Source: Angustibacter luteus
Lineage (GTDB): Bacteria; Actinomycetota; Actinomycetes; Actinomycetales; Angustibacteraceae
Direction: 5' to 3'
Assembly (NCBI RefSeq): GCF_039541115.1
Contig: NZ_BAABFP010000002.1
Coordinates: 558,001 to 622,000 of the forward strand
DNA: 64,000 nucleotides
Every line of letters begins with the position of its first letter. Positions within the stretch are counted from its first letter, which is position 1. Below are positions 60,553 through 64,000 of the stretch, piece after piece. The position numbers and the translations under genes are program-made. The notes beneath the pieces are model-generated. The model did no database searches, was not told where the DNA came from, and saw only the letters and a list, made by a program, of their open reading frames with translations.

Positions 60553-61719
60553 TCAGCGCGCGTCGCGCAGGTCGGCCACGTGCGGGGACAGGCCGGGATC
60601 CAGACCGAGCGAGATGGCCAGGTAGACCGCGGCGAAGTCGGTGCGCGCGACGAGGCCGGCCAGCTGCTCGACGGGGTGACCTGGGTCGGCCGTGACCTCG
60701 CTGACCGCGACCCCGACCTCTTCCGCGAGCCCGCGGACCCGGTCGGCGAGCGCGGCGGCCTCGAAGGCGTCCTGCCCGTCGGTGGCGGGGTCCGGCGGCG
60801 GCTCGCGCAGCATCAGCAGCCGCAGGCTCGGACCGGTCGGACCGTCCAGGAACGGGTCGGCGAACACGTCCTGCTCGCCGCCGGTGAACGGACCGTCGAA
60901 CGTCGCGACGACCTCGCTGGCGTCGTCCGGCAGCGAGCCGTGCACGGCCGGCGTCCGGGCGGTGCGGGCGAGCATCGCGGCGGCGCGGCGGGCGGCGACG
61001 CCGGTGACCAGGCCGTCGCCGAGCACGACCGGTACCGACCCGGCCAGCTGGACGGCCAGCACCTTGGCCGGGTTCACGAAGGACTCGGACCCCGGACGGG
61101 CGGACTCAGCCTCACGGTCCAGGCGGTCCGCGACACGGCCGAGCAGGGCGTCGTCGACGTCGGCCATGCCGAGGGCGTACGCGGCCTGCAGAACGGGCAC
61201 CAGCAGCGACCAGAAGGCGGTGCGCGAGCTCGCGCCAGCCGGCGAGCGCCCCGGCTCGTGCGGCTTCTGCACCGGCACGTGCACGCCCCGCGCCTGCGCG
61301 CAGACATCGGCCAGCGGCGAACCCGGCGCGCCGACCGTGAGCAGCCGGGCCCCGCGCCGTCCGGCCTCGGCCGCGAGGGCCAGCGGCCCCCCGGCCCGCC
61401 CGGACAGCGACACCGCGACCACGAGGTCCAGCGGGCCGATCCAGCCGGGCAGCGGCAGCCCCCGGCGGACGGTCACCGGGATGGGCGCGCCGGCCCCGGC
61501 CAGCAGCGCGAGGACGTCGGCGACCATGGCCGAGCCGCCCAGCGACGCGACCAGCACCGACCGCGGCCGGTCACCGTCCCCGATCCTGGAGACCCCGGCC
61601 TCGTGCCCGCGCACCACGGACGCCCGGACCTGCGCGCCGGCGGTGGCCAGCGCGCGCAGCACGCCGCTCGGGTCGCCGGCGGCGATGGCCTCGGCGTCGT
61701 CCAGCAGCTCGCTGTCCAT
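60553..61719 (-). CDS. SIS-domain protein (PGI/PMI-like)
   Basis: D..G.LRALATAGAQVR, LGGSA, LPGWIGPLDLV, SLSG, NPAK. Confidence 0.85.
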   Translation of the reverse strand: MDSELLDDAEAIAAGDPSGVLRALATAGAQVRASVVRGHEAGVSRIGDGDRPRSVLVASLGGSAMVADVLALLAGAGAPIPVTVRRGLPLPGWIGPLDLVVAVSLSGRAGGPLALAAEAGRRGARLLTVGAPGSPLADVCAQARGVHVPVQKPHEPGRSPAGASSRTAFWSLLVPVLQAAYALGMADVDDALLGRVADRLDREAESARPGSESFVNPAKVLAVQLAGSVPVVLGDGLVTGVAARRAAAMLARTARTPAVHGSLPDDASEVVATFDGPFTGGEQDVFADPFLDGPTGPSLRLLMLREPPPDPATDGQDAFEAAALADRVRGLAEEVGVAVSEVTADPGHPVEQLAGLVARTDFAAVYLAISLGLDPGLSPHVADLRDAR

Positions 61720-61733
61720 CAGGTGCCCACCAA

Positions 61734-61934
61734 TCAGGTCGACGGGGGCCGGGCCTCGTCGACCAGCATCACGGGGATGCCGTCGTCCACCCGGTAGGCG
61801 AGCCCGCAGTCCGCCCCGGTGCAGACGAGCTCGGGACCACCGGTGGGGCCGGTGTCGTCCCGCACCTCGGCGTGGCACTTCGGGCAGCGCAGGATCTCGC
61901 GCAGCCACGGCTCGATCGTGTTCGGCGTCGTCAC
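61734..61934 (-). CDS. Trm112-family protein
   Basis: LREILRCPKC, YRVDDGIPVMLVDEA. Confidence 0.92.
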   Translation of the reverse strand: MTTPNTIEPWLREILRCPKCHAEVRDDTGPTGGPELVCTGADCGLAYRVDDGIPVMLVDEARPPST

Positions 61935-61952
61935 GGGGGACAGCCTGCCAGG

Positions 61953-63359
61953 TCAGGCCCGGATGAGCGCCAGTGCCCGGTCCCGAACCTGCTCCATCGT
62001 CGCGCGGTCGGCGGCCTCGACGTTCAGCCGCAGCAGGGGCTCGGTGTTGCTGGCCCGCAGGTTCAGCGACCACGAGAGCCGGCCGTCAGGCCCGTCGCAG
62101 GTGAGCGTGAGGCCGTCGAGGTGGTCCTCGACGACGTCGCCGGCGAAGGCGAGCCGCACGTCCTCGGTGCGCGCGGCGGCGTCCGTGACCGTGCTGTTGA
62201 GCTCGCCGGAGGAGGCGTAGCGCTCGTAGTCCACGGCCAGCTCGGACAGCGGCAGCGGCTGCTCACCCAGCGCGGCGAGCACGTGCATCGCGGCCAGCAT
62301 GCCGGTGTCGGCGAACCAGAAGTCGCGGAAGTAGTAGTGCGCGGAGTGCTCGCCGCCGAAGATCGCGTCGTGCTCGGCCATCTGCGCCTTGATGAACGAG
62401 TGACCCACCCGGGTGCGCACCGACCGCGCCCCCAGCTCGGCGACCAGCTCCGGGACGGCGCGTGAGGTGATCAGGTTGTGGATCACGGTGGGGTTGCCCC
62501 CGCGGGCCTGGTCCACGGCGATCTCGCGGGCGGCCACCAGTGCGGTGACGGCGCTCGGGCTGACCGGTGCCCCGCGCTCGTCGACCACGAAGCAGCGGTC
62601 GGCGTCGCCGTCGAAGGCCAGGCCCAGGTCGGCGCCGTGCTCGACGACGGCGGCCTGCAGGTCCACCAGGTTGGCGGGCTCGAGCGGGTTGGCCTCGTGG
62701 TTCGGGAAGGACCCGTCGAGCTCGAAGTACAGCGGGACGACCTCCAGCGGCAGCGGGTCCAGTCCGGCGTCGGTGCCGAGCACCGCTGGGGCGGTCAGAC
62801 CGGCCATGCCGTTGCCGGCGTCCACCACGACCTTGAGCGGGCGGATGGCGGCCAGGTCGACGAGCCCGCGCAGGTGCCGGCCGTAGTCGGCGAGCACGTC
62901 GCGGTGGCTGAGCGCGCCGGTGACCTCGGCGGGACTCGCGTCGCCGTCCAGCAACTCCTCGGCGAACCGGCGGACGTCGTCCAGGCCGGAGTCCTGCCCG
63001 ACCGGTCGCGCGCCGGCCCGGCACAGCTTCACGCCGTTGTACTGGGCCGGGTTGTGGCTGGCGGTGAACATCGCGCCGGGCGCGTCGAGGGCGCCGGACG
63101 CGTAGTACAGCGCGTCGGTGGACACGAGCCCGACCAGGACGACGTCCCGGCCGGTCGTGCGGAGCCCGTCGGCGAACGCGGCGGCCAGGCCCGGCGAGGA
63201 GTCGCGCATGTCGTGGCCGACCACGGCGGTGCCGGACGGGTCGTCGGCGACCACCTGCCCGAACGCGCGACCCAGCGCGCGGGCCACGTCCTCGTCGAGC
63301 TGGTCGGGGACCAGCCCCCGGACGTCGTAGGCCTTGACGATGGACGCGAGGCTGGGCAT
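61953..63359 (-). CDS. manB: Phosphomannomutase/phosphoglucomutase
   Basis: KAYDVRG, TASHNP, DGDADR, GGEHSAH, RASNTEP. Confidence 0.95.
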   Translation of the reverse strand: MPSLASIVKAYDVRGLVPDQLDEDVARALGRAFGQVVADDPSGTAVVGHDMRDSSPGLAAAFADGLRTTGRDVVLVGLVSTDALYYASGALDAPGAMFTASHNPAQYNGVKLCRAGARPVGQDSGLDDVRRFAEELLDGDASPAEVTGALSHRDVLADYGRHLRGLVDLAAIRPLKVVVDAGNGMAGLTAPAVLGTDAGLDPLPLEVVPLYFELDGSFPNHEANPLEPANLVDLQAAVVEHGADLGLAFDGDADRCFVVDERGAPVSPSAVTALVAAREIAVDQARGGNPTVIHNLITSRAVPELVAELGARSVRTRVGHSFIKAQMAEHDAIFGGEHSAHYYFRDFWFADTGMLAAMHVLAALGEQPLPLSELAVDYERYASSGELNSTVTDAAARTEDVRLAFAGDVVEDHLDGLTLTCDGPDGRLSWSLNLRASNTEPLLRLNVEAADRATMEQVRDRALALIRA

Positions 63360-63391
63360 CCGGCAAGCCTAGCCGGGTGCCCAGGTGCGGG

Positions 63392-63637
63392 TCAGGAGAC
63401 CTTGCGGGTCCGCTCGATGACGTCGCTCACGGTGAGCTCGACGCCCTCGTGGCTCCAGCTCTTGTGGCCACAGACGCGGCACGAGGTGAAGTCGACCGGG
63501 GTGCCGTCCGTCAGGTTCATCGACAGCGAGGTGACGCGCGGGGACGAGCAGTCGAAGCAGGACGACGCGGTGCGGGCGTCGCGCTGGGTCAGCGAGCCCA
63601 GCGGGAGGGACGGGCGGGCAGCGGCGGAGCGGGGCAT
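63392..63637 (-). CDS. Small zinc-ribbon hypothetical protein
   Basis: CFDC...MNLTDGTPV.F..CRVC..SW; ATG at 63637 after ggaagg (start uncertain). Confidence 0.65.
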   Translation of the reverse strand: MPRSAAARPSLPLGSLTQRDARTASSCFDCSSPRVTSLSMNLTDGTPVDFTSCRVCGHKSWSHEGVELTVSDVIERTRKVS

Positions 63638-63759
63638 CAGGGGAACCTTCCGAGCGACGTTGCGGGCAGGTCGCCGTGGGAGCGCGACCACCATGACTTC
63701 GTCCACGACTCGAAAGAACTTGAGCACCCGGCGTGTCCCGACAAATCGGACACTGCTTC

Positions 63760-63999
63760 TCAGGCCTGGTCGAGGTCGCGCAGCACCCGCAGGTGGCCTC
63801 GCCGTCCCACCTCGACGGTGCCGCTCGTCGGCACGGCCGTCGGCGCGACCGGCCGGGCGGCCTCGCGCACCGCGTTCGCCAGCGCGAGCAGGTCGTCGTC
63901 GCTCGGACCGATCGCCTCGACCTGCGGGGCGAGGCGCATGACCTCCCACCCCCGCGGAGCCGTCAGCCGCTCGGCGTGCTCGCTGCACAGGTCGTAGCA
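63760..63999 (-). CDS. DUF3499 protein (5'-truncated by window edge)
   Basis: Own translation: CYDLCSEHAERLTAPRGWEV..DDDLLALANAVRE..RRGHLRVL*. Confidence 0.9.
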   Translation of the reverse strand, partial: CYDLCSEHAERLTAPRGWEVMRLAPQVEAIGPSDDDLLALANAVREAARPVAPTAVPTSGTVEVGRRGHLRVLRDLDQA

Positions 64000-64000
64000 G

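Overview
Very GC-rich actinomycete core-genome segment, densely coding (about 60 genes), with no rRNA, tRNA, CRISPR array, integrase or transposase recognised. Gene order follows the conserved actinobacterial region. The left arm holds ATL, moeZ, DUF3152, TetR, DUF3107, a ferritin-like gene, a DEAD-box helicase, a ParA-like gene, MarC/PHP, an ABC exporter, MaoC, an FAD oxidase and pruA. The middle holds a WS/DGAT-patatin lipid operon and an uncharacterised six-gene module just downstream of secA (CpaE/MinD-like ATPase, SAF protein, Xis/BldC-like HTH, tandem Sm-like protein, LysM protein, Rv3235-like protein). The right arm holds secA, GNATs, a GlxA/AraC regulator, MFS, a YcaQ-like glycosylase, an orphan response regulator, hpf-comF-lpqB-mtrB-mtrA, a MoxR/DUF58/SpoIIM/RDD cluster, ahcY, CDF, SIS, Trm112, manB and DUF3499. 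Best leads: (i) a protein with two Hfq/Sm-like repeats inside the module next to secA; (ii) perfect DnaA boxes (TTGTCCACA) in both divergent promoters of that module and upstream of mtrA; (iii) structured leaders before ahcY, the DEAD-box helicase and hpf; (iv) a 1017-aa membrane-bound glycoside-hydrolase-like protein; (v) a His-rich lipoprotein/permease pair; (vi) tandem repeats that duplicate stop or start codons. All calls are from motif recognition by eye and recalled synteny; no searches were run.
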